Source: a virus | Lineage: Duplodnaviria; Caudoviricetes | Reading direction: 5' to 3' (one strand) | Virus record (IMG/VR): IMGVR_UViG_3300028048_000054 | Length of the DNA: 64,000 bases | In this document: piece by piece, positions 7,632-17,574 of the stretch | How positions within the stretch are numbered: position 1 is the first letter of the stretch | How the letters are laid out: every line of letters starts with the position of its first letter | Notes under the pieces: model-generated | What the model was told of the DNA's origin: nothing | Seen by the model: the letters and a program-made list of their open reading frames with translations, nothing else | Databases searched by the model: none | Position numbers and translations under genes: made by a program

Positions 7632-9804
7632 TTTGTTCTTCTCCTTTCTTATCAATTCCATTCAAGTCAACAAATGTACGTCTATCAAATTCCCAAGTTC
7701 TTCTTACTTTATTCCACGAAGAAACTGGTACGAAGAAACCAACCACACGTGTAAAGTTTGTTACATTTTCACTGTTACATTTTGGGCAGTGATGTGTTTT
7801 GTCTTTTACTACTTCACCACAATCTTCACATTTAGTATATACGGCGTTAAGAGCAAAGTGTTCACAACCACATTTTACAGCATAGTTAATAATTGCTTTT
7901 GCTTGGGTTGGAGTTACATCACTGTTGATTTGAATATGTACGATACCACCACCAGTTAATAAGCGGTTGTATCTACCATCTGCTTCCATTTTTTCATAGA
8001 TGGTAGCGTCTTTCCACAGAGGCACGAATTGATTACTGTAAAGTGGGTCTAAGTTGTAAGGATTGCCATAAATCAAGGCATCTGAACTTGCCAACCGTAC
8101 CGCAAATGACTCACCTGGAATTTCTTCAATATTCCAAATAAAACCATACTTATCACCCATTTCTTTACAGAACGTGTTGTAGGTTGTTAAGATGTCACCA
8201 ATGTAATCAAAGTCAGCCTTACCAAATTTTTCTGTTAATATTTGTTCGGCTTCTACAACACCCATCATACCAAAGGTTGAAAACATACGGGACAGATTAA
8301 TCCAGTAGTTTTTGAGGAAAGGGTGCATACCCATATTGTTTAATTTTTTAAGCAATACACGGTGTGCTTTTAACACTTTTGCAGCACTTTCTGTTCTATC
8401 GTGTAAGCGTTTCAAGTAGTCGTTATAACTCGATGCTTCATACGCCAAACGAGCCAAGTTAACGGTTACTACACGGTGAGAACCCAAACTAATTGAGGAA
8501 CCACCAAACGAGTTAACTGAACTTGCCAAGTCAAGCATATCTTTATCAGAAATCAGACGGCAGCAGGAAGCAACCTTTGTTCCCTCAGACGTAAAAATGT
8601 TGTAACGAGCAATATCTTTTTTGGTAATGTAGTTCAATAATTCATTGTCTTTTTCAATGTAATATTCGCCCGTTTCTTCATTTTTGTGTTTAGACAAGTT
8701 GACCGTTGTAACAGGGAAACGATACTGTAACCCATTGTTCATCGGGTCACCTTTGTCAAAAAATTCAATAAAAACTTTTTGTGCTTCAAAGATGTAGTCA
8801 ATGATAAATTTTTTATAGTCTTCTTCGGTAAGTTTGTAATCTTCTCCACCCAAGTCATTGTCTACTAAAACTTTTGTGTTCTTCGGGAAATACCAACCAT
8901 AATTGTCATCATCAATCAATGCGGTTAATTTTTCTTTATCAAAAATAGACACGTTGGTGAAAGGTGATTCAGAGCCATTGCGTGATAAAAAGTTCACCGA
9001 GTGTACAAATTGTTGGAACTCATTTTCAAGTTGTTTTCTAATGCGTTTATCTTCACGTAAATCTTTTAATGAAATACGTTGTTTATACACCATCAAGTGA
9101 GTAATATCCAAGAAGAAACTACCAATGGCAATAGCACCAGCCAAGTGAGAGGCCATTTGGTGAATAGTTTCGCACAACGCAGAAATGTAAGATGCTACAC
9201 TTTTGCAAGGTTTAGATGGCAACACACCGAAGTTACGACCACTGGTTACCAATTTTGAAGCATCTAAAGCCCAGCAGTAAGGTAATAAAATGTTTGAACT
9301 ATCGGCTAAACCTAATGAAAAATCATACATTTCACCCGATAAGAACTTGGCTTCATCTTGACCATACAGTTCTTTCATTGTACGGTAAAGCATATCGTAA
9401 CCAATGATTTTATCGGCACTTAACTCACAGTCTTTTAACAAACCCTTAATACTTTTTTCGTTTTTATTTGAGTTATCATCAATGGAAACGTCATTTAATT
9501 TTTCGGCCATAAACGTAGAAAATGATTTAATAAAGTCAAATTTTTCTTCGTTCAAACCGTGAATTTTTAATAACTCATTGGCTATATTTGTTAATTTTTC
9601 TTTGTCGGTAATTTTATATTTTTTCTTTAATGTTTTAACGAGTACTTCACGAATATTTTTAATGGTTTTTGTAGTTGCCGCATTAGCAAAGGTGTCATCT
9701 GTAATTTTATTTAATTCTTCGTGATATAAATTATCATCTTCAAATTCAAAAGGTTTATAGTTAATTTTAATCGGTTTTTTAATTTCGTTTACGTCTTGAG
9801 TCAT
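7612..9804 (-). CDS. nrdD: anaerobic (class III) ribonucleoside-triphosphate reductase
   Basis: SPFTNVS, SCCRL, VVTVNLARLA, EEIPGES, GGGIVH, Zn site CEDC...CPKC and glycyl-radical motif TRVVGF. Start at MTQDV (GAGG SD). No obvious ATP cone. Confidence 0.95.
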   Translation of the reverse strand: MTQDVNEIKKPIKINYKPFEFEDDNLYHEELNKITDDTFANAATTKTIKNIREVLVKTLKKKYKITDKEKLTNIANELLKIHGLNEEKFDFIKSFSTFMAEKLNDVSIDDNSNKNEKSIKGLLKDCELSADKIIGYDMLYRTMKELYGQDEAKFLSGEMYDFSLGLADSSNILLPYCWALDASKLVTSGRNFGVLPSKPCKSVASYISALCETIHQMASHLAGAIAIGSFFLDITHLMVYKQRISLKDLREDKRIRKQLENEFQQFVHSVNFLSRNGSESPFTNVSIFDKEKLTALIDDDNYGWYFPKNTKVLVDNDLGGEDYKLTEEDYKKFIIDYIFEAQKVFIEFFDKGDPMNNGLQYRFPVTTVNLSKHKNEETGEYYIEKDNELLNYITKKDIARYNIFTSEGTKVASCCRLISDKDMLDLASSVNSFGGSSISLGSHRVVTVNLARLAYEASSYNDYLKRLHDRTESAAKVLKAHRVLLKKLNNMGMHPFLKNYWINLSRMFSTFGMMGVVEAEQILTEKFGKADFDYIGDILTTYNTFCKEMGDKYGFIWNIEEIPGESFAVRLASSDALIYGNPYNLDPLYSNQFVPLWKDATIYEKMEADGRYNRLLTGGGIVHIQINSDVTPTQAKAIINYAVKCGCEHFALNAVYTKCEDCGEVVKDKTHHCPKCNSENVTNFTRVVGFFVPVSSWNKVRRTWEFDRRTFVDLNGIDKKGEEQNDDSTK

Positions 9805-9805
9805 A

Positions 9806-10303
9806 TCAGTTTCCCTCGTTAAAGTAATAAGTTCCGTCTTTCGACAGTAAGTTAAAGTTTGAATCGTACAAGGATTGGTTGGTTGTTGCAAATCTTATGT
9901 ACTCATCGGTTTTGGTAGCCCCCACAAACTTAGAGGCATCGAATATACCACATTTTACAAATTTAAAGCCCACAATGTCAAGTGCTTTTACTTCATCAAT
10001 TTCTGCCCCAGTGTAGATACAAATGTCATAATCTGAACCTAAGTTAGAGCAAATATACTTTGTGAGTTCAATATTTTTGCTATACAATGGGTCTCCACCA
10101 CATAAAACTATTTTGTTTGTTTTTACACGTTCACAGTACTCCACTAACAGAGCAACTATGAGTTTGTGATTAAACTTAATGTAGTTTTGAAGTTCCGTAT
10201 TGTGGCAACCAGGACAATTTCTATCACAACCACCACAGTAGAAAATAACCGCCAAACTGCTGTTATCTGGGTATTCTAAAAAAGTTTCGGTAATGTATTT
10301 CAA
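9806..10303 (-). CDS. nrdG: anaerobic RNR activating enzyme (radical SAM)
   Basis: GCDRNCPGCHN (CxxxCxxC), LCGGDP, IYTG, KCG.F, TTNQ. Adjacent to nrdD. TTG start with GAGGAG SD. Confidence 0.92.
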   Translation of the reverse strand: MKYITETFLEYPDNSSLAVIFYCGGCDRNCPGCHNTELQNYIKFNHKLIVALLVEYCERVKTNKIVLCGGDPLYSKNIELTKYICSNLGSDYDICIYTGAEIDEVKALDIVGFKFVKCGIFDASKFVGATKTDEYIRFATTNQSLYDSNFNLLSKDGTYYFNEGN

Positions 10304-10782
10304 TTTGCCAACTCCTCAACAATGACGTTATGTGGGTAGCAGGTCTGGTCTTTTGTTTCCGTAACTGCGTTATCAATGTCTTTTTTGTGTGTCTGGCAAA
10401 CTTGAGTCGTAATCCGTAACTTTCTATCTTTGGTTTTAATCAAGAAAGAAGACCTAGTAGGATTTGGAACACCTTGATTTCCGATGGGTTTAGGCAGGTC
10501 TTTCAATTCCTCTTTTGGCTTATCAAACTCAATTTTTAGGTTATTTTCCAGATTTTTTACGTATAATTCACACTTTTCAAGGAAAATATTAACTTTTGAC
10601 TCATCTACAGTTTCAAACTCGTTCTCGGAAAAGAAAGGGAAACAAGAACTGTTGAAAGTGTAAATAGCCCTACCATCTGAGCCAACTAAGACGTTAACTC
10701 TAGGTTCGTTGTTATTTTCAATCTTGAGAAGCACTTTGGCTTTATTCCCAAGAAGTATGAATCGTTTTATATTGTCCTGCAT
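10300..10782 (-). CDS. hypothetical protein, first gene of the left arm
   Basis: 160-aa ORF directly downstream of the leftward promoter; overlaps the nrdG start. Confidence 0.65.
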   Translation of the reverse strand: MQDNIKRFILLGNKAKVLLKIENNNEPRVNVLVGSDGRAIYTFNSSCFPFFSENEFETVDESKVNIFLEKCELYVKNLENNLKIEFDKPKEELKDLPKPIGNQGVPNPTRSSFLIKTKDRKLRITTQVCQTHKKDIDNAVTETKDQTCYPHNVIVEELAN

Positions 10783-10822
10783 ATATGCCTAAATGTAAAC
10801 TTATCTGTCTGTATCTACAAGT

Positions 10823-10851
10823 ATTATACCAAATTCGAAGAAATTTGTCAA
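10823..10851 (-). promoter_or_regulatory. sigma70-type promoter (leftward)
   Basis: Minus strand TTGACA-17 nt-TATAAT with extended -10 TG; perfect consensus. Confidence 0.88.
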
Positions 10852-10975
10852 TACCTACCGAACGCATACGGAGCCTAAAGGGGATTCCTAGGGGTTTAAA
10901 TACAGATTTTAAGGGTGAAATGTTAAGATTCTGTATTGCTGATGTTAAGATTAGGTGTTAAGGTAGTTCTGGTAC

Positions 10976-11004
10976 TTGACAAAATGCTCTAAAAATGGTA
11001 CAAT
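10976..11004 (+). promoter_or_regulatory. sigma70-type promoter (rightward)
   Basis: TTGACA-17 nt-TACAAT with extended -10 TG. Confidence 0.82.
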
Positions 11005-11052
11005 GTTAATGGAAGAGATGGTATAGCAGGTACAAAGAAGGGATGTGTCTAT

Positions 11053-11295
11053 GTGCGAAGCACCCTTTGCGAAGCAAAGGTTATTGTAGTATTCTTCCGA
11101 GACTGCTTGTGTCTCACATATTGTTACTTCTAACGAAGTAACAATATATGATACTACAAATATTCTTTTTTATTCTACTAGCTAGCTAGTATAATGGTAG
11201 AATCTACTAGAATTTTACAAGCTAGTATAATATTATAATATTATAATATTCTGGTATGCAAAAATTTTTAAAATTCTACTAGACATTCTACTAGC
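11053..11295. repeat. hairpin cluster, TCTACTAG repeats and AT-only tract (candidate origin or packaging region)
   Basis: GTGC-GAA-GCAC, CCTTTGC-GAA-GCAAAGG, GAGAC/GTCTC, a 13-bp perfect inverted repeat (11118-11147), four TCTACTAG copies and (TATAATAT)x3. Confidence 0.6.
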
Positions 11296-11348
11296 GCGGT
11301 GGAATTTTAGCAAAATTTGGTCATTTTAGGCATTTTAGACAGAGTTAG

Positions 11349-11369
11349 GTTTACACTTTAGTATTAGGT
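11349..11369 (+). promoter_or_regulatory. putative phage late promoter motif
   Basis: GTTTACA-CTTTA-GTATTAGG upstream of the first right-arm gene; same motif recurs in other intergenic gaps. Confidence 0.6.
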
Positions 11370-11411
11370 GATGGGTATTGATATTACAATTCTTTCGGAG
11401 ATTTATAACAA

Positions 11412-14378
11412 ATGAAACTTTTAAACCAAATTTTGAACAAGATTAGTTCTAAAAAATTTAACCAAGTACACGATTCTTTAGGGGCTTTGAAATTAATTGC
11501 CTCAGCATTAACATCAGATTCAGACATTTTAAGTTCTTTTTGTGTACTAGCATTTGATGAAGTACCAAACAGAAACTTTACCACAAAAGAATACATTAAC
11601 AGAAAAGCAGATGCTAAAAATGGCTTAAATTTAGTACAAAAACACTTAATCGCCAAGGAAGTATCTAAATTACTTAAAGATGCTTCCGCTTTTTATGACT
11701 CAGAACTGCCAAATTTAATTAAAACCCAAGCAGATTTCAAAAGACCTGAAAATGTAAAAGTATTCAAAACAGCAAAATTTGGTGATGTGGCCTTGATTGA
11801 CAATAAATACCATCTTGTAAACCCATTAACAAAAACAGTAACAGCCGAATACATTGTTTTAGCAGCAGATGCTAATTTCGCTAAATTACACGAACTTATT
11901 GCTAAATACAGAGACGAAAAAGATGTAAAATTAACCGAATTAGACGGTCAAATGGTTTTAACAGGGGCTCCAGAAGTAATTAACGAACTTGAACACCTGA
12001 TTAAAGACATTGGTTACTACTGTGAAGCCGTAGATGAATCAACTGGTGTAGAAGGTGAAATTCCAGAATATTCATTAAAAATTTTTACAGATATGAAACA
12101 AGCAGAACCTGAATTTGATATTGAAAAAGCAGCGGCAAAACATAAACAGGTTGGTGAAGATTCTAAATTTTCATACTGGTTACAATTAGAAGACAACTAT
12201 GAAGATGAGGGGTATTTAGATAGTAAAAAGGTTGGTGACCACGTAGGTTTCTTCTATGTAACAGAAAAAGGAACTCAAGCACCAGCACTATTGGTTTCAC
12301 AATTAGGTTTTTCTGGTGATGGTTTAACAGCACAACGAACCTATCCTATGAAGAGCAAGGAACCAGGAAAGACATATTTGTATGAAGAATATGGTTATAC
12401 CGATGATGATTTTGCCGAAGTATATAATTTCTTAAATGATGGGTTAAAAAGTGTATCTCCTGAAATGAATAAGAAAAATTTAGATGGGTTGACCGTAGAT
12501 AATATTGATGCCACAAACCCAAATTTGGAAAAAGACAATCCAATGTTAAATTCAGAATCCGCAAAGGAAGACGTTGTGGAAAAAACAACATCGGCTCAAG
12601 AAGATATTGATAAATCTGCTGAAGAAAAAATTGATTTTGAAAAAGAATTAATGGACGCTGGAGAATCTGAAGGTGCCAAAGATAAAGTTAATGAAACACA
12701 ATTGGCAATGGGAAAAGAAGTAGAAAAAGAACATACAACCAACCCAGAAATTGCCGAAAAAATCACCAGAGACCACCTTGAAGAAATTCCTGATTATTAC
12801 ACTCACTTAAAAGAAATGGAAGATAATGCGAAGAAAAATGATGCAGTTAAATCTTCCTATGCCCCATTTATGACAGTGGATGCAACAATGAAAGAAGAAA
12901 TTAAAATTTATTCTGGTGACCATTTTATTGGTACTTGTAAAACTATTCAAGCGGCATTTGAAAAGAGTTCTAACGAATTTGCATATGACGGGAATGAGGG
13001 TGCAAGAACTACACATAAAATCTATGAAGATGAAAAAATTACTATCACAGCAGAAGACCAAACAGATGAGTACTTTGTAACACTCTATGTAGGTGGTTTA
13101 GACCAATATCCAGTTCACGGTAAATCAATTAATAAAGAAAAATTAATGGCCGATGCTGATAAAGTAAATTTTGCCGAAACTGAAAGTGAAGAAAATCCTA
13201 GATTAAAAGAGTTTGGTGTAACACTTGCAATGTTGGCAAAAGCAGACGAAGAAGCAACAAAAGTATTAAAAGGCGGTACAGACCCAGAAGGAAAAGCAGA
13301 AGCACCTGTAGAAGCAGCAACAAAAACAGAAGTAACAAAAACAGCAGAAGATGTGGAAGACAATGTTTGGGTTGTTGAAAAAACAAGTGCACCTACAATT
13401 GATGACCAATTAACATTAGATATTTTCTATGTTGTAAATAAAAATACACACGTAGTTGCTCACGATGCAGGTTTTGAACCTTTCCTTTTTCCAACACAGG
13501 AAGATGCACAGAAACACGCAGATAAATTAAATAGTCAAAAAGAAGCATCAGCAAAACCAGAAGTAAAAAAAGAAGCAGGTGAATCTTATGGTTGGGTAGT
13601 TAATTCCGAAGATGCCTGGAATAAACTTATGCTTTGGGAAGAAACCGTTGGTGCCGAACAAGCATTAAGAGATGTAGCAAAGGCAATGGGTGACGAAGAG
13701 TTATCAGAGTGTCTCGCTTATATTTTTAGAATGAATGATTTTAAAGAAGGTTGCTCTGATACTGATGATAGTGATGTAGAATCTGCTAAAAAAGAAAACA
13801 TTGAAAAGAAAGCAGATGATGAACTTAAACAATTCGATATGAAACAAGAGTTAGATGGTCAGAAAGAGTTTGAAAAACAAGATGACTTTTCTCAAGTTTC
13901 AGTTCCAGAAGAAAAAGAAGATACATCAGAAGTAACAGAAACAATGGAAGCCAAACCAGAAGAAACAAAGGGTGAATCATTTTCAGCGTCAGAATTTGGA
14001 AATAATATGGCTTATATTCAACAAAATAAACCAGAAGAATTTAAGTCAATTATGAACAATTTGAAACAACTAATGGTAGGTGACCAACAACCAATTTATG
14101 ACTTTTTAGAGAACTGGGCTTCTCATAATTTCCAAGATTTTACAGCAATGACCAGAGAAGACCCCACCTACGCAAGACACTCACAGTATCAAGAACAATT
14201 AAAAAATAATGTTCTTCCAAAATTAAAAGAAATGTCTGAATATAAACAGGCAATGGAAGAAAAAGTGTCTGCGGAAAAAGGTAATGTAGAGGCTTCTGTA
14301 AGAGAATATGATTCTTCTGACCCAGAAGATGCCGCTGTATACAACCATAATGGAGAAGACGAAGGGGAAGAGGATTAA
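11412..14378 (+). CDS. large acidic modular protein, probable internal head/cargo polyprotein; contains a DUF5661-like module
   Basis: QLAMGKEVEKEHT..PEIAEKITRDHLEEIPDYYTHLKEME at about 12690-12821. Many KxA/VxA motifs separate globular blocks. Confidence 0.6.
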   Translation: MKLLNQILNKISSKKFNQVHDSLGALKLIASALTSDSDILSSFCVLAFDEVPNRNFTTKEYINRKADAKNGLNLVQKHLIAKEVSKLLKDASAFYDSELPNLIKTQADFKRPENVKVFKTAKFGDVALIDNKYHLVNPLTKTVTAEYIVLAADANFAKLHELIAKYRDEKDVKLTELDGQMVLTGAPEVINELEHLIKDIGYYCEAVDESTGVEGEIPEYSLKIFTDMKQAEPEFDIEKAAAKHKQVGEDSKFSYWLQLEDNYEDEGYLDSKKVGDHVGFFYVTEKGTQAPALLVSQLGFSGDGLTAQRTYPMKSKEPGKTYLYEEYGYTDDDFAEVYNFLNDGLKSVSPEMNKKNLDGLTVDNIDATNPNLEKDNPMLNSESAKEDVVEKTTSAQEDIDKSAEEKIDFEKELMDAGESEGAKDKVNETQLAMGKEVEKEHTTNPEIAEKITRDHLEEIPDYYTHLKEMEDNAKKNDAVKSSYAPFMTVDATMKEEIKIYSGDHFIGTCKTIQAAFEKSSNEFAYDGNEGARTTHKIYEDEKITITAEDQTDEYFVTLYVGGLDQYPVHGKSINKEKLMADADKVNFAETESEENPRLKEFGVTLAMLAKADEEATKVLKGGTDPEGKAEAPVEAATKTEVTKTAEDVEDNVWVVEKTSAPTIDDQLTLDIFYVVNKNTHVVAHDAGFEPFLFPTQEDAQKHADKLNSQKEASAKPEVKKEAGESYGWVVNSEDAWNKLMLWEETVGAEQALRDVAKAMGDEELSECLAYIFRMNDFKEGCSDTDDSDVESAKKENIEKKADDELKQFDMKQELDGQKEFEKQDDFSQVSVPEEKEDTSEVTETMEAKPEETKGESFSASEFGNNMAYIQQNKPEEFKSIMNNLKQLMVGDQQPIYDFLENWASHNFQDFTAMTREDPTYARHSQYQEQLKNNVLPKLKEMSEYKQAMEEKVSAEKGNVEASVREYDSSDPEDAAVYNHNGEDEGEED

Positions 14379-15079
14379 TGGAAGTAATTAAAGTAAAGAC
14401 AATTCAAGAATTGCCAGATGCAGTAAGAGATGAGATTAGAAGGCTTTATCTCGAAGACGGGATGAGCCCAATTCTCATTATCAAACAAATCGAAAAGAAT
14501 TTTGGATATGCTTTACCAGGTCTTCATACTTTAGTTCAATATATCAAAACATTGAAACCAGAGTTGTCAAAGGAACCAGAATTATCAGTAGAACTTCCAG
14601 ACGACAATGAAGAACCAAAACCAACAGAATTAGCCCCATTTACAGGTAAGTCAACAACAATCGACATCTCATCAGTTAAATCTCAAAATGAAACACTTAA
14701 AGAATTATTAAAACATAAAATTGAATACTTACAAAATAAATCATTAAGTGAAGAGTTTGATAAAGATTCAGAACAGATTTTACAGAGATACATTGTTGAG
14801 TTCTCAAAATTAACACAGAACGAAGTCAAAATTAAAGACGAGTTCAAAGATTCAGATAAAGTAGCACTTACTGATGTAAAATACTATATCAACAAAATAA
14901 TGTCCAGTGTTAGAATTTGTCTATCAAAACACTGCCCAAAAGAAGTTGATAGTATATTTAAAGATTTAAAAATACAATTAGATTATGCGCTCCGTGATAT
15001 AGTGGACCCGCACATATATTCAAGTCAGGCCAGTATAGATTACGAGCAAAATTTAAAGGAAAAGGAAAATGAAAAATAA
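14378..15079 (+). CDS. possible terminase small subunit / N-terminal HTH protein
   Basis: IQELPDAVRDEIRRLYLEDGMSP..IIKQI resembles the DUF3486/Mu gp27-like HTH, followed by helical coiled segments. Confidence 0.45.
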   Translation: MEVIKVKTIQELPDAVRDEIRRLYLEDGMSPILIIKQIEKNFGYALPGLHTLVQYIKTLKPELSKEPELSVELPDDNEEPKPTELAPFTGKSTTIDISSVKSQNETLKELLKHKIEYLQNKSLSEEFDKDSEQILQRYIVEFSKLTQNEVKIKDEFKDSDKVALTDVKYYINKIMSSVRICLSKHCPKEVDSIFKDLKIQLDYALRDIVDPHIYSSQASIDYEQNLKEKENEK

Positions 15080-16526
15080 ATTTGATGTAAGATACCAATT
15101 CACAAAAATTGCACGTGACTTATACAACGTGTATGATTCCACCACAAATACTGGTGCGTTTCTTAACACAAAAGACTTATGTGACGATTTAGTCCAAAAG
15201 CGTGGTGGTGTAGCCCTCACACAAGACATTTATGATATGCTTGAAGGTGCTGGCAATGGTCATACTTTTGGCATTACAGAAAGTGCGTTAGAAATTAATA
15301 AAGCAGCAAGTGCAGACGGTATTGAACCTTGGAAATTGGCAGAAGTAGATGGCAAAGAAGTATTTGTATCTGCTTCAACTGGTTTAGAAGTAGAAGATGA
15401 TGATAAACTAACAAAAAAAGCATCATTAAATAAACCCGTTCATACATATAAGGTAGCAATTCATACAGGTACATTAGCAAAAACAGCCAGAGCGCACGAT
15501 ATTCTAATTGGTGCTGGGTATACTGATGAAAATATGTATATTAATCCAGCCAACCCAGATACTGTAGTAGTAACGGTACAAGATGATAAATGCCCATCAC
15601 AAGTTCAAAAAGCAATGTGTGATAAAATGAACGGCGGTTATGTAGATGTAACAGCAGATGACATTGAGTGCTGCCACGATTTCTGCCCTTGTGGTTGTGA
15701 GCCTTTTGACTACCCAGATATGAAAGCAGATGAGTTTGTGTTGATTATTCCTAACAACAAACCTATGTTCGCAACAAGTGCAGATTCATTAAGAGATTAT
15801 GCTACAGCAAACAATTTTGATAATTTTAAAGTATGTGCTGCCGATGGTTCTTCAGTATATGATTCAGCAATGAGAGATGCTATTAAAGAAATTGATGAAG
15901 CAATGCCACAAAATCAAAAAACAGCAGAACAGACATACAAAATTCGCCTTAAAAAAGAGCACGAACAAGATGCCCCAGAATTGGCTGGTAAAGTATTAGA
16001 ATGGACTATGCCACAAATTTTAGAGGAAATTAATAAGGACCACAGTGACCAATGGACTAATTATGATGCTTCAGATTGGCAAGAAGGGTTAAATGAGTGG
16101 ACTTGGTATGAACCAGTAGAAGAAAAAACAGCAGACTTAACAACTGATAAAACTGTGTTTGAAGACGAAAATACTGGAGAAGTTTTTACCAAAGAACAAT
16201 TGGACGCGGACCCAAATAAAGCAAACAGAACACTGAAAACTCACGAAGTAAATTCTCAATACATTAATGATATGTTCAAAGAAGCATCAACAATTGAACT
16301 TTCTTTAGCACAAAAGAATTTATTAAGAGCAGCATTTCACTACTGTGGTTTTGAAAAAGTAGCCTACTTATCTGAAGATTCTTTCTCAATTAAAGCAGGT
16401 GACGCAGTAATTACAGTAGATAATGACAAAGCATCATCTTTACCATTTGCCTTATTCAATGATGTGGCATTAGGTGAAGATAGCAAAGAAAAAGAAGATT
16501 TAAAATCCGATTCAATTTTGGGGTAG
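15069..16526 (+). CDS. acidic modular protein, probable internal head protein
   Basis: KIA, KAA, KKAS, KTA x3, KEA and KVA motifs. Trp-rich module WTMPQILEEINKDHSDQWTNYDASDWQEGL lies between two KTA sites. Confidence 0.6.
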   Translation: MKNKFDVRYQFTKIARDLYNVYDSTTNTGAFLNTKDLCDDLVQKRGGVALTQDIYDMLEGAGNGHTFGITESALEINKAASADGIEPWKLAEVDGKEVFVSASTGLEVEDDDKLTKKASLNKPVHTYKVAIHTGTLAKTARAHDILIGAGYTDENMYINPANPDTVVVTVQDDKCPSQVQKAMCDKMNGGYVDVTADDIECCHDFCPCGCEPFDYPDMKADEFVLIIPNNKPMFATSADSLRDYATANNFDNFKVCAADGSSVYDSAMRDAIKEIDEAMPQNQKTAEQTYKIRLKKEHEQDAPELAGKVLEWTMPQILEEINKDHSDQWTNYDASDWQEGLNEWTWYEPVEEKTADLTTDKTVFEDENTGEVFTKEQLDADPNKANRTLKTHEVNSQYINDMFKEASTIELSLAQKNLLRAAFHYCGFEKVAYLSEDSFSIKAGDAVITVDNDKASSLPFALFNDVALGEDSKEKEDLKSDSILG

Positions 16527-16530
16527 TAAA

Positions 16531-17265
16531 ATGCCAGAAGAAAGAAAAAACCAAGACACCTATTCAAATGGTGACACAAGTTTTAAAGAAGATAACCAAA
16601 ATAAACGCTGGAAGGGTATTAAGCAAGACCCGAGAAGTGGTAAATTCATCGTTTATATTACAGAATCTTCTGAACGCTTATTTGATGATATTAATAGTGC
16701 TGTAGACTTTATGGTACAGGCATCATATGGTTATGCAATTGAAAAGACAGCAGGTGCCCCAGAATTTGGTGGTGTTGAGCGTGGTCAAGATAATTTAGAG
16801 GGTGTAAAACAAGTAACTATTAAAAGAAAATTGGTGTTAGATAAAGCAACTGGGAAATGGAAAGTTAAAGAAAGTACCAGAACTGATATGGTTGAGAATG
16901 ACCAAGAAGCAGCAAAAAATACTTATACCAATATTGAAGATGCTAAAGACCAGGCTGAAGCAGTTGTTCCAGTAGACCAATACTTAGAGGAACAACAAGA
17001 GGAAGCAAAACAAAAACAGGAACAACAAAAAGATACAAAAGATAAACCTGTTGAAGAAAATGTTGAAGTAGAATCAGCATTGAAAGACTTCCAGCCAGTA
17101 GCAAAATGTGGTCATTGTGGTTGTGCAATTTACCCATATTCAATCAGTGATGAGGCATTTGACAGACAACAATTGGCTGATGCATATTGCCCTGCTTGTG
17201 GTTATGGTTTAGGTGAAGCACAATCTAATGAGCAATCAGTAGACAATTTAATCAAAGGCTATTAA
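16531..17265 (+). CDS. hypothetical head-region protein with C-terminal Zn ribbon
   Basis: CGHCGC...CPACG; VQAS, EKTAG and VESA motifs. Confidence 0.6.
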   Translation: MPEERKNQDTYSNGDTSFKEDNQNKRWKGIKQDPRSGKFIVYITESSERLFDDINSAVDFMVQASYGYAIEKTAGAPEFGGVERGQDNLEGVKQVTIKRKLVLDKATGKWKVKESTRTDMVENDQEAAKNTYTNIEDAKDQAEAVVPVDQYLEEQQEEAKQKQEQQKDTKDKPVEENVEVESALKDFQPVAKCGHCGCAIYPYSISDEAFDRQQLADAYCPACGYGLGEAQSNEQSVDNLIKGY

Positions 17266-17267
17266 TA

Positions 17268-17573
17268 ATGAATAGAGACTATTTTGAAATCTTATCACTC
17301 CTAGCGGGTGGAAATGCAGAGAAGATGGCTGATATGTTTTTAATGTACAAAGCATATACTGGCAGAGATTATGAGCATTTCAAGAAAGCGGTGCATACAG
17401 TAGTTATGTATGGGTTAGTGGAAAGATTAGATATGTCTCTTCCTTTATTTACAGGTAGTGCACGAGTCAAACTTACCAAAAGAGGTTTTGATTCATTAGA
17501 TACATATGAAGAAGGATTCTATAAGGGCACCGAAGAGGGATTATTTATAGACTCCGAATTTTTAGGTGTGTAA
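17268..17573 (+). CDS. winged-helix DNA-binding protein
   Basis: FKKAVHTVVMYGLVER...VKLTKRG is a wHTH wing signature. Confidence 0.55.
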   Translation: MNRDYFEILSLLAGGNAEKMADMFLMYKAYTGRDYEHFKKAVHTVVMYGLVERLDMSLPLFTGSARVKLTKRGFDSLDTYEEGFYKGTEEGLFIDSEFLGV

Positions 17574-17574
17574 A

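Noticed and set aside
11043-11141. 32-codon ORF (MCLCAKHPL…) in the rightward leader
   Set aside because: Poorly spaced SD, and it runs through perfect inverted repeats better explained as structural elements.
11160-11300. CRISPR-like mini-array from TCTACTAG repeats
   Set aside because: Repeats are only 8-10 bp with irregular spacing, and there are no cas genes.
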